DNA of 32,000 nucleotides from Nitrososphaera viennensis EN76. Its GTDB lineage: Archaea > Thermoproteota > Nitrososphaeria > Nitrososphaerales > Nitrososphaeraceae. A model generated the notes under the pieces. It was given only the letters and a program-made list of their open reading frames with translations, was not told the DNA's origin and did no database searches. Numbering within the stretch: the first letter of the stretch is position 1; each line of letters opens with the position of its first letter. The stretch is from NCBI RefSeq assembly GCF_000698785.1, contig NZ_CP007536.1:1770001-1802000 (forward strand), read 5' to 3'. Shown in pieces: positions 6,777 through 14,651 of this stretch. The translations under genes and the position numbers were made by a program.

Positions 6777-7637
6777 ATGGTCCTAGAAATCTTGCAGGCA
6801 GGATTCATGCAGCGCGCGCTGGTGGCAGGAATCGCCGTTGCCTTGATCTGCTCCGTGGTGGGCCTCTTCCTCGTCCTGCGCCGGCACTCGCTCTTTGGCG
6901 ACGCGCTGTCCCACATGGCGTTTGGCGGAATAGCGGTGGGGATGTTCACGCAGGTCTACCCGCTGTGGACCGCGCTCATCGTGTCGATACTTGGAGCGCT
7001 TGGGATGACGAAACTGCGCCAGTCGACCAAGATATCGCCCGACGCGTCGGTCGCGGTGCTCCTTTCGTCCGGCCTTGCGCTTGGCATCGTGCTCATCGGC
7101 CTTTCGGGCGGCTTTTCAGTCGACCTGTTCAGCTTTCTGTTTGGCAGCATCCTGCTCGTGAGCTTTGACGATACGGCGATGATACTTGCCCTTGCCGCCG
7201 GCATCCTTGCAGTGATGGCGCTGCTGTACAGAAAGCTGATGTACATAGCGTTCAACGAGGAGCAGGCCAAGGTGAGCGGCCTTGCCGTCAACATGCTCAA
7301 CTACGCGTTCATCGTGGTGGCAAGCGTGACCGTGATCGCGTCGATACGCTTGGTTGGAATACTGCTCATCTCGTCGCTCATCGTGATACCGAACATCGCG
7401 GCCATGATGCTTGGCAAGAGCTTTAAAAAGACGATAATCATTTCCGCGGCCATCTCCGTCGCGTCGGTGATAACCGGCATCTTTGCGTCGTATTTCGCAA
7501 ACCTGCCGCCGGGCGGGACAATAGTCCTGACCACCATATTCATGCTCCTTGGCATAATGGGCGCAAAATACGCGGCAAGAAAGGCAAAAACAGTGCAGAC
7601 GGCCGTAGCCGAAAACACAAGTGAGCCCGGCCGGTAA
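6777..7637 (+). CDS. metal ABC transporter permease (ABC-3 / ZnuB type)
   Basis: 286 aa and polytopic. The opening FMQRALVAGIAVALICSVVGLFLVLRRHSLFGDALSHMAFGG is typical of the ABC-3 family. Confidence 0.85.
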   Translation: MVLEILQAGFMQRALVAGIAVALICSVVGLFLVLRRHSLFGDALSHMAFGGIAVGMFTQVYPLWTALIVSILGALGMTKLRQSTKISPDASVAVLLSSGLALGIVLIGLSGGFSVDLFSFLFGSILLVSFDDTAMILALAAGILAVMALLYRKLMYIAFNEEQAKVSGLAVNMLNYAFIVVASVTVIASIRLVGILLISSLIVIPNIAAMMLGKSFKKTIIISAAISVASVITGIFASYFANLPPGGTIVLTTIFMLLGIMGAKYAARKAKTVQTAVAENTSEPGR

Positions 7638-7663
7638 GGGCCGGGGAAGATATACAAACGCCC

Positions 7664-7888
7664 CTACTTTTTCTTCTTTGGCGGCGCAGTCTCTGGCGCG
7701 TCAAGCTTTTTCCAGTCGGCCTCGCTGACGAACTTGGTCAGCTTCATGCCGTCCAGCTCTGCGCGCACCGCGTACGTGTACCTTGTCTTGCCGGCTGCCG
7801 TCTTTTTTGTGAACTTGACCTTCTTGACCTTGTCGGAGGAGACGCTCACTTTTTTCTTGCTCTTGACATCGTAGAATTGGATGTTCAT
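7664..7888 (-). CDS. small lysine-rich protein, possible nucleic-acid-binding (SH3-barrel/Sul7d-like pattern)
   Basis: 74 aa: MNIQFYDVKSKKKVSVSSDKVKKVKFTKKTAAGKTRYTYAVRAELDGMKLTKFVSEADWKKLDAPETAPPKKKK. Short beta-strand-like segments alternate with Lys clusters, and the tail is basic. A palindrome/TATA-like ATTATTAATAAT lies about 25 nt upstream. Confidence 0.6.
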   Translation of the reverse strand: MNIQFYDVKSKKKVSVSSDKVKKVKFTKKTAAGKTRYTYAVRAELDGMKLTKFVSEADWKKLDAPETAPPKKKK

Positions 7889-7907
7889 TACGCTGACTAC
7901 GCATAGA

Positions 7908-7919
7908 ATTATTAATAAT
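7908..7919. promoter_or_regulatory. perfect 12-bp palindrome ATTATTAATAAT (TATA-like) upstream of the small Lys-rich protein gene
   Basis: Read directly. Its centre is about 25 nt upstream of the ATG at 7888 on the minus strand. Confidence 0.4.
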
Positions 7920-7969
7920 ATAAGATTTGCTAATAAACACTATATAATTAAAAGATGATTTCTTAATAA

Positions 7970-8290
7970 TCAGCCCTGGCGCGTTTTGAGCAAAAGCTCC
8001 GCTGCTGCCCTGTTCACTTCATCCTCTGTCCAGGAAGGGTGGCGCACGTGCAAGAGCTCGTGCACAATGTCGTCTTCCCTGAGCCGCCGCGTGTGGTAGA
8101 TGCACGCGACCTTTTCATCGTGGTCTGCACACACGCCCACAAAGCTGTTGCCCACCCTGCAATAGTCGTCGGACACCTGGAACAGCGATATGCGCTCGGT
8201 GATCACGGCATAGTCGTCGATGCCAAGCCTCTCCTTCCAGTACTCGACCAGCCTGCCTTTGCGCTCTTGCAAAAAAAGCTGTTCGCGCAC
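7970..8290 (-). CDS. small HExxH-motif protein (putative minimal zinc metallopeptidase-like)
   Basis: 106 aa. The motif IVHELLHVRHPSW sits near the C-terminus. No signal peptide was seen. Confidence 0.5.
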   Translation of the reverse strand: MREQLFLQERKGRLVEYWKERLGIDDYAVITERISLFQVSDDYCRVGNSFVGVCADHDEKVACIYHTRRLREDDIVHELLHVRHPSWTEDEVNRAAAELLLKTRQG

Positions 8291-8304
8291 AGGGCGTTTT
8301 TCGT

Positions 8305-8335
8305 GTTATTAACAATATATAGCTTTGTTAATAAC
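8305..8335. promoter_or_regulatory. perfect 10-bp inverted repeat GTTATTAACA / TGTTAATAAC flanking a TATA-like ATATATAG
   Basis: Read directly: gttattaaca-atatatagctt-tgttaataac. It lies in the divergent spacer between the HExxH gene (ATG 8290) and the glycosyltransferase gene (8373). The TATA centre is about 30 nt from 8290. Confidence 0.5.
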
Positions 8336-8372
8336 AAAAAGCCGGAAGGACTTAAAAATCGTTTAATACGCT

Positions 8373-9404
8373 TTGAAAGCCGTGCTCTTTTTCGCAAGCC
8401 CCATCGGCCTTGGACACGCAACGCGCGACATTGCAATCGCTGAAAAATTGCATGGCGAAGAAATCCTTTTCATATCAGGCGAGGGCGCCTCGCGGCTCAT
8501 CGAGAAAAAGGGCTACCGGGTGCTTGACGCCTACAGGCCGGAAAAGTTCATTGTGCAGGACGGCCAGCTCCAGCAGTCTTTCAAGTGGCTGATGAGCTAC
8601 TACTCGTACTACAAGAAATGCAAAGAGATTGCAAAAGGCGTACTTGCAGAGCATGAAGGGCTGGTCGTAAGCGACGAGGATTTTGCGTCGATAGCGGTGG
8701 CAGAAGGGGCAAGGAGAAGGCGGGTCCTGATAACCGACATCACCGAGACGCACTTCACAAGGGGCGCCGCGTCGCTCATTGAAAAAAAGATGAACGGCGC
8801 CATGAGGGACATGATGAAAAAGTGCGACTGCGTGATAATCCCTGACGACGGCGACGACAATGGCAACGTCTCGTACGTCGGGCCCATCGTGCGCAAGGCA
8901 ACGGCTGACCGCGACACGCTGCGCAGGCGCTTTAACTTTTCAAGGAAAACCATTGTGGTGAGCGTCGGGGGCACGGACGCGGGCCGCTACCTGATTGAAA
9001 GGTCGCTTGCCGCGTACCGCAAACTGCGGGACAAACTGGACGCCGACCTTGTCGTTGTCCCCGGGCCGTCATTGCAGGTTCCAGAGTCGCCGGACTACCG
9101 CAACCTAGGGTTTGTAGACAACCTGCACGAACTGATATACGCGGCCGACCTTGTAGTTTCGCTGGCAGGCCGGTCAACAATGGACGAGTCGATAGCGTAC
9201 GGCACGCCGGGGATATTCATCCCGATAAAAGGCCATTTTGAGCAGGAGCAGGGCGCCGCCCGCCTGGGCTACAAACACGAAGACATTTTCCGGCTTGAAT
9301 CACTGATTGAAGAAAAGCTTGGCCGCGGCGGCAGGAACAACAATACAATGAACACTGGCGGCGCAGAAAAGGCTGCAAAAATCATTTCCACTCTTTTTGT
9401 GTAA
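8373..9404 (+). CDS. glycosyltransferase, GT-B fold (MurG/GT28-GT1-like)
   Basis: 343 aa. The N-terminus is FFASPIGLGHATRDIAIAEKL. The C-terminal half has VSVGGTDAG and VVSLAGRSTMDESIAYGTPGIFIPI..EQEQGA, a pattern typical of MurG-like or UDP-glycosyltransferases. The start (TTG 8373 or GTG 8382) is uncertain. Confidence 0.75.
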   Translation: MKAVLFFASPIGLGHATRDIAIAEKLHGEEILFISGEGASRLIEKKGYRVLDAYRPEKFIVQDGQLQQSFKWLMSYYSYYKKCKEIAKGVLAEHEGLVVSDEDFASIAVAEGARRRRVLITDITETHFTRGAASLIEKKMNGAMRDMMKKCDCVIIPDDGDDNGNVSYVGPIVRKATADRDTLRRRFNFSRKTIVVSVGGTDAGRYLIERSLAAYRKLRDKLDADLVVVPGPSLQVPESPDYRNLGFVDNLHELIYAADLVVSLAGRSTMDESIAYGTPGIFIPIKGHFEQEQGAARLGYKHEDIFRLESLIEEKLGRGGRNNNTMNTGGAEKAAKIISTLFV

Positions 9405-9596
9405 GTTGATCATGAATACAAAGTTGGCCTTCAGAGGCAGGAACGCCACTTACTTATCAAACGATTCTTTTTGAAAATGTACGAGCACTTGCGAACTTTG
9501 CAAACTATCCAAATTTCAGGGAATGTCGGTTTTATCCAAAATAACCACCAGCAGCATCGGCAACACGCTAGGTTTTGTGCTCAACATATGTGATTC

Positions 9597-10247
9597 CTAC
9601 TTGTTATAGACTACCATAGTGCCACCAAATGAAACTAGAAAGTCTGAGGCGTTGCAGCCGCCTACGCGGCCTTCTGGAAGCAGACTAATTGTATGGTCGC
9701 CGGGCTGGATATTCTTGATTGAAACAATTTGAGTATCCATTGTCAGCATCGGCTGTCTGCCCTCGTACCCTAGCCACCTCGTAACATAGATTTCCTTTTC
9801 GTGATCCAATATAATATGAAGTCGAATATCGCTGCAATCAAATGATTCAGGCGTCAAATCAGATGTTGCGTCTACAAAATACTGAAACTTTATTTCGTCA
9901 TCGCCGTTTATCTCTGAAACTGTTAAGGGCACATCATACGTTAATATCGGCTGTAAACTGCCGTCTTTCGAATGCCCGCCTGTCTTGAAGAAGACGGCAA
10001 TATCTGAAATATTGTTTGCGTCTCTAAGGGTTTCGTTCGATAAGGCAGCATTTACTGTCTCCAGATCTAGACCTTTTGTTATTTTGACGTCATAGTGGTG
10101 CACTGAAGGGATAATATCATTAGTTTCAGAGGCTGATGCATTGATTATTACTATTGAAGACGCGAGTGCAAGTACCGAGAGTATTGATGATGCCGCCAAA
10201 AAGCCAACGGTCGTTCTCGAAGGTGTGAAAGCAAACCGATTTTGCAC
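9597..10247 (-). CDS. hypothetical membrane-anchored/secreted protein
   Basis: 216 aa with a GTG start and an N-terminal hydrophobic anchor (VGFLAASSILSVLALASSIVII). I recognise no motif. It sits in a visibly AT-richer segment with long flanking spacers. Confidence 0.5.
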   Translation of the reverse strand: MQNRFAFTPSRTTVGFLAASSILSVLALASSIVIINASASETNDIIPSVHHYDVKITKGLDLETVNAALSNETLRDANNISDIAVFFKTGGHSKDGSLQPILTYDVPLTVSEINGDDEIKFQYFVDATSDLTPESFDCSDIRLHIILDHEKEIYVTRWLGYEGRQPMLTMDTQIVSIKNIQPGDHTISLLPEGRVGGCNASDFLVSFGGTMVVYNK

Positions 10248-10502
10248 TTGAATATCCTGCGGCCTTGTGATTAATCAAACTACAGGAGGTTAAATCTATC
10301 AAAGTCGCATGTTAGGCGAATGAGTTAAGAAATACTTGATTCGTCAATCAACATAAAATCAACAGAATGTGGGGTCTTATCTATACCCACACTCACAGCG
10401 TGGGTTCGGCAGAATTTGAACTGCAATGCGTATTGTAGTGGTGGTAATCGTACGATCAGGACGGATATACCAATTTAGCATGGTAAGTGCTACATTGTGT
10501 GT

Positions 10503-11534
10503 ATGCCCGCGCTCCGGACCTATGTCATTGTTGGGTCGAGCATAGCAGCAGCGGCTGCCATCGCAACAGCAGCAATAGTATTAATCACGACCAATTCAGA
10601 CGCCGCCAACCCTGGTGCTGTCGTTGCCCGCCTGCCAGAACCCGTATCATCTTCTGCTTGGACCGAAGGCAAGCCCCTGCCCACTCCAAGAACAGAAGTT
10701 GCCGGCGCCGCGGTCGACGGCAAGATCTACATGATCGGGGGCTTTGACAGGACCGGCAGGGCCGTCCCGACAGTCGAGGTGTACGATCCAGCCGCTGATG
10801 AATGGCGTGCCGCCGCGCCGGTGCCACATCCACTTCACCACGCAGCCGCAGCATCGTACAACGGCACGCTGTACGTGGTAGGCGGCTACCTTGAGGACAA
10901 TACGCCTTCAAACAAGCTGCTATCCTATGACCCGAAAACAAACACATGGCAAGAGAAGCGTGCCCCGATGCCGACTGCAAGGGGCGCGCTGGCCGCCGGC
11001 TTTGTAAACGGCACCCTTTACGCAGTAGGCGGCGTCGGCTCTAGCTTTGGCTCTCCTTCCGCCCCGCTTGCATCAAATGAAGCATACGATCCCAGGACGG
11101 ACAGCTGGACGCAAAAAGCGCCCATGCCCACGCCCAGGCAGCACCTCGCGGCTGCAACACTTGACGGCAAGCTGTACGTGATGGGCGGCAGGATAGACAG
11201 CCTGTCGTCCAACCTGGACGCAAACGAGGCGTACGACCCCGAGCAGGACGCCTGGGCCGAGCTTGCACACATGCCTTCCAAGAGGGGCGGGCTTGCGGCA
11301 GCAGCGGCTGGCAGTGCCATTTACGTTTTTGGCGGCGAGGCGCCAGAAGGCACCTTCAGAAACAACGAGGGGTACGACTTGGAAACCGGCAGCTGGACGG
11401 GCGCGCCAGAAATGCCAACTGGCCGCCACGGCCTTGCGGCAGTCGCGCTTGGGAGCAAGGTCTACGTGATAGGAGGCGGGCCCCAGCCGGGCCTCACTGT
11501 GAGCGGCGCAAACGAGGCATTTTCTATCACATGA
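10503..11534 (+). CDS. Kelch-repeat beta-propeller protein with N-terminal membrane anchor
   Basis: Six repeats, each with a xxYxxGG core: GKIYMIGG, GTLYVVGG, GTLYAVGG, GKLYVMGG, SAIYVFGG, SKVYVIGG. Each is followed by E(A/V)YDP..(D/N).W. ATG at 10503. Confidence 0.85.
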   Translation: MPALRTYVIVGSSIAAAAAIATAAIVLITTNSDAANPGAVVARLPEPVSSSAWTEGKPLPTPRTEVAGAAVDGKIYMIGGFDRTGRAVPTVEVYDPAADEWRAAAPVPHPLHHAAAASYNGTLYVVGGYLEDNTPSNKLLSYDPKTNTWQEKRAPMPTARGALAAGFVNGTLYAVGGVGSSFGSPSAPLASNEAYDPRTDSWTQKAPMPTPRQHLAAATLDGKLYVMGGRIDSLSSNLDANEAYDPEQDAWAELAHMPSKRGGLAAAAAGSAIYVFGGEAPEGTFRNNEGYDLETGSWTGAPEMPTGRHGLAAVALGSKVYVIGGGPQPGLTVSGANEAFSIT

Positions 11535-11682
11535 TGTCCTCGGGCTTTTCCTCGTGGCCGCACACCTGGCATCGGTAAATCTTGAACCCGATGTGGACCA
11601 TCTCGCCGCCACACCTTATGCAAAGATCCTCTTCTCCTCCTTCTTCCTTTTGTTGCACTACAGGAAAACAGGCGCTACCCAT
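11527..11682 (-). CDS. small zinc-ribbon protein (51 aa)
   Basis: My own translation; it is below the track length cut-off. Sequence: MGSACFPVVQQKEEGGEEDLCIRCGGEMVHIGFKIYRCQVCGHEEKPEDIM, with CxxC-x14-CxxC. Its 3' end overlaps the Kelch gene stop by 8 nt (convergent). Confidence 0.35.
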   Translation of the reverse strand: MGSACFPVVQQKEEGGEEDLCIRCGGEMVHIGFKIYRCQVCGHEEKPEDIM

Positions 11683-11718
11683 ATTTATCGCTGATTAGAG
11701 CCCCAAAAATTCACCTTC

Positions 11719-11991
11719 TTGGAATCTATTTATAGTAAGGTGCCATTTCCCCGGCCAGTGTCTATCTATGATGCGGGCAACTGCAAAAAGATAGAAGAGG
11801 CACTTAAAGAGGCTCTAAGCACCTTTGACAAGCCCGCAGTCCGCGTACTGCTTTACCACCTTGAGGAGAAATACCACATCCGTTTTGAGCCGCCCTGCTC
11901 GTCCGTGGAAGAGATCGAGGCCGCGCTGTTTGACATAGCAGGCCCTGCCTCCGACCTCGTGGTGAGCAGGATGCGCTCCTTTCTCCGCTGA
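11719..11991 (+). CDS. hypothetical protein
   Basis: 90-aa ORF with non-ATG start options only (TTG 11719 or GTG 11740). The amino-acid composition is plausible. No motif recognised. Confidence 0.35.
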   Translation: MESIYSKVPFPRPVSIYDAGNCKKIEEALKEALSTFDKPAVRVLLYHLEEKYHIRFEPPCSSVEEIEAALFDIAGPASDLVVSRMRSFLR

Positions 11992-12055
11992 CACCTGTAC
12001 GCTCATCTTTAATATAGGGAAGCGAACGTTTTAGCCTCTGCAATTGACCACCGCG

Positions 12056-13489
12056 ATGATAACGGTTGCCAAGTTTGGCGGTAGCGCGCTCGGGGCCGAC
12101 GGGGTTCTCATCCCCAAGGTCATTGACCGGCTCAAGCAGATAATGGGCGGGTCCAAGGTCGTGGCCGTGTTCTCGGCGCCGCTGATAGAGTACGAGGGCA
12201 AGGTCAGCTCGATGACCGACGTCGCCATAAAGGTGGGCAGGAACTATGCTTCCTCAAATCCCGTGGAGATAGAGGTGCTAAGGGAGGTGTACGAGCGCAT
12301 CGCGACGCGCTACCTCGACGAGGAGCGCAAAAAGGCGTTCCTCGACCAGCTGGACAAGTTCTACCGGCAGGTGATTATTTCATTAAAGGGCGCGGCGGAA
12401 AACAGGCGCTTTGTGGACGTCATACGCTCCCGCACGCTTGCGTACAGCGGCGAGGTGACGATGTCGTACCTGATGGCCTACGTGATGCAGGCGCACGGAA
12501 TCAAAGCGGCGCACGTGCCCATAGAGCACTGGCCCATAGTCACCGACGACAATTTTGAAGCGGCCAATTTCATGGCAAGCGAATCAAGGCAGAGCGCCGG
12601 CCACCTGATAGAGCTTGTTGAAAACAACGACGTGGTTTCGATGGGCGGGTTTATCGGCAAGACGGCGGACGGCCTTGAGACAACGTACGAGCGCGGGGGC
12701 TCTGACAGGACGGCGGCAGACATTGCGATAATCCTGAGCGACAAGTACGAGACAAAGATATCGTTTGAAAAAGACAGCGCGGTGTTAAGCGCCGACCCCA
12801 AGATAGTGAAGGACGGCCTTGACTTTGTGCCATACCTGTCGTACAACGAGGCGAGGATAGCCGGCATGTTTGGCATGAAGATCCTCGACCCGATTGCGAT
12901 AAAGGAGATAGACGACAACGGCCTTGACATACCGCTTGTGGTGACGAACATGACCCGGCCGGACAGCATGACTGTCATAAAGCGCACGCCGCCGTCCGAC
13001 AGCGAAGCAAACCCGATAAAGATAGTGACCGGCAAGAAAAACTGCGCGATTGTGAGGATGGAGACCATAGCGGCGTCGCACCTCGTCGCGTCTCTTGAAA
13101 GCGACAGGCAGTACCACGAGTTTGTCAAGCTGTCGCCGTACGTCAAGGACGACACCGAGATGACGCGCATCTTGTTCCTTGACGCCGACTATGTGCGCCG
13201 GCACGAGCGGCATTTCAGGGCGTACTACCAAAAGACCGAGATCGTGTACGGCAGGGCCGTCGTCACGCTGATAGGCGACGAGATGTGGCGCGTGCCCAAG
13301 ATAGCCTCGACGGCGTCAAGCAACGTCAGCGAGCACGACATCAACATACTCAACCTCGACGCGCAGGAAGAGACGTCAAGGATACTGATAGTGGTGGAGG
13401 ACAAGGCAAACAGCGTGGCCGACGCGGTAAAGGCGATACACCACACCCGGGTCAAGATGCATGGCAGCAGCGGTGGCACATTGAAATGA
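12056..13489 (+). CDS. aspartate kinase
   Basis: Amino-acid kinase N-terminus VAKFGGSALG. Also VVAVFSAP and GGFIGKTADGLETTYERGGSDRTAADIA, then a C-terminal ACT-like region. ATG at 12056, in frame with the track TTG at 12044. Confidence 0.85.
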   Translation: MITVAKFGGSALGADGVLIPKVIDRLKQIMGGSKVVAVFSAPLIEYEGKVSSMTDVAIKVGRNYASSNPVEIEVLREVYERIATRYLDEERKKAFLDQLDKFYRQVIISLKGAAENRRFVDVIRSRTLAYSGEVTMSYLMAYVMQAHGIKAAHVPIEHWPIVTDDNFEAANFMASESRQSAGHLIELVENNDVVSMGGFIGKTADGLETTYERGGSDRTAADIAIILSDKYETKISFEKDSAVLSADPKIVKDGLDFVPYLSYNEARIAGMFGMKILDPIAIKEIDDNGLDIPLVVTNMTRPDSMTVIKRTPPSDSEANPIKIVTGKKNCAIVRMETIAASHLVASLESDRQYHEFVKLSPYVKDDTEMTRILFLDADYVRRHERHFRAYYQKTEIVYGRAVVTLIGDEMWRVPKIASTASSNVSEHDINILNLDAQEETSRILIVVEDKANSVADAVKAIHHTRVKMHGSSGGTLK

Positions 13490-14421
13490 TAGAGGAAAAG
13501 GGCAAGATCTGGCTCAACGGCGCGCTGGTCGACCACGGCGACGCCAAGATACACGTGCTGACGCACGGCCTCCACTACGGCACCGGCGTCTTTGAGGGCA
13601 TGCGCTGCTACAGGACGGCAGACGGCAATAGCGCGATATTCCGCCTGCAGGACCACATGCAGCGCCTTATAGACAGCGGCAGGATCTATTTCATGGACCT
13701 CGGCTTTTCAAGGCAGCAGCTGGAGCAGGCGGCCATTGAAACAGTAAAGGCAAACGGCATGGACGAGTGCTACATCAGGCCAATAGCGTTCTACGGCTAT
13801 GGCAAGATGGGGGTGAACCCGATGCCAAACAAGGTGTCAGTGGCAATAGCAGTCTGGAAGTGGGACGAGTACATCAAGGGTTCAGGCGAGGAAAAGGGCG
13901 CCCGGCTCATGGTGTCGTCGTGGGCGCGCCTTGACCCCCGGACGATGCCGATGCACGCCAAGGCAACGGCAAACTATGCCAACTCCGCCCTTGCCCGCGT
14001 CGAGGCAATCAAGGCAGGCTTTGACGAGGCGATAATGCTCAACCCGTCCGGGATGGTGGTTGAGGCAAGCGCCGAGAACATCTTTATCGTGGAGAAGGAC
14101 GGGTCGCTTGCGACGCCCCCGACGTCGTCGGGCGCGCTTGCCGGCATCACCCGGGAAAGCGTGATCACAATCGCAAGGGAGAACGGCATCCCGTGCGAGG
14201 AGCGTAACATCTCCCGGGACGAGCTGTACGTCGCAGACGAGGTGTTCCTGACGGGGACTGCTGCAGAGATAAAGCCGGTGGGCGAGATAGACAACCGCAC
14301 TATTGGCAGGGACGGCGGCAGGCCCGGCAGGGTGACAAAGCAGTTGAAAGCGCTGTTTGACGCCGTGGTTCACGGCAAGGACGGCAAGTTCAGCAAAAAG
14401 TGGCTTGCGCCAGTAAGCTGA
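13486..14421 (+). CDS. ilvE: branched-chain amino acid aminotransferase
   Basis: Start at MIEEKGKIWLNGALVDHGDAKIHVLTHGLHYGTGVFEGMRCY, the class IV aminotransferase pattern. There is an ATGA start/stop overlap with aspartate kinase. The 67-codon track extension upstream lies inside that gene. Confidence 0.9.
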   Translation: MIEEKGKIWLNGALVDHGDAKIHVLTHGLHYGTGVFEGMRCYRTADGNSAIFRLQDHMQRLIDSGRIYFMDLGFSRQQLEQAAIETVKANGMDECYIRPIAFYGYGKMGVNPMPNKVSVAIAVWKWDEYIKGSGEEKGARLMVSSWARLDPRTMPMHAKATANYANSALARVEAIKAGFDEAIMLNPSGMVVEASAENIFIVEKDGSLATPPTSSGALAGITRESVITIARENGIPCEERNISRDELYVADEVFLTGTAAEIKPVGEIDNRTIGRDGGRPGRVTKQLKALFDAVVHGKDGKFSKKWLAPVS

Positions 14422-14651
14422 AGATCTTTTATCACGACAAAGTGTATCGCAAGGTGCACAGGGAGCGCGCCGGCGACATAGGCGCCGGCCTTTTTTGCGG
14501 TCAGCGACCTGGCAATATACATGGCGACAAGCCCGGACGCGAAAATCGCCGCGTGTATCGCGCCGTTGAGCAGTATCGGCTGGTAGTAAAACGCGAGGTA
14601 CGTCGCGCTTGCCGCCCCCGCGGCGATGCCTGCAAGCACGTGTTTTATCAT
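14370..14651 (-). CDS. small hydrophobic membrane protein
   Basis: About 93 aa with 3 predicted hydrophobic helices (GIAAGAASATYLAFYY, AIHAAIFASGLVAMYIA, AYVAGALPVHLAIHFVVI). Its ATG shares one base with the TGA stop of the upstream cinA-like gene. Its 3' end overlaps the ilvE 3' end. Confidence 0.45.
   Translation of the reverse strand: MIKHVLAGIAAGAASATYLAFYYQPILLNGAIHAAIFASGLVAMYIARSLTAKKAGAYVAGALPVHLAIHFVVIKDLQLTGASHFLLNLPSLP

Noticed and set aside
10369-10440. The segment gtgggttcgg and nearby hairpins, checked as a possible tRNA or ncRNA.
   Set aside because: No acceptor stem, D-arm or anticodon arm could be assembled. There are only short isolated hairpins.
11073-11612. A 179-aa minus-strand ORF overlapping the Kelch gene.
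   Set aside because: It is antisense to a gene with six clear Kelch repeats and has a Cys/Arg/Ala-biased composition. The small zinc-ribbon ORF in a different frame explains the only non-overlapping part.
13285-13485. A 67-codon N-terminal extension of ilvE in the track ORF.
   Set aside because: It lies inside the aspartate kinase coding region, in another frame, and its sequence is Arg/Gly/Gln-rich. The canonical aminotransferase N-terminus starts at the ATG at 13486, with an ATGA overlap.
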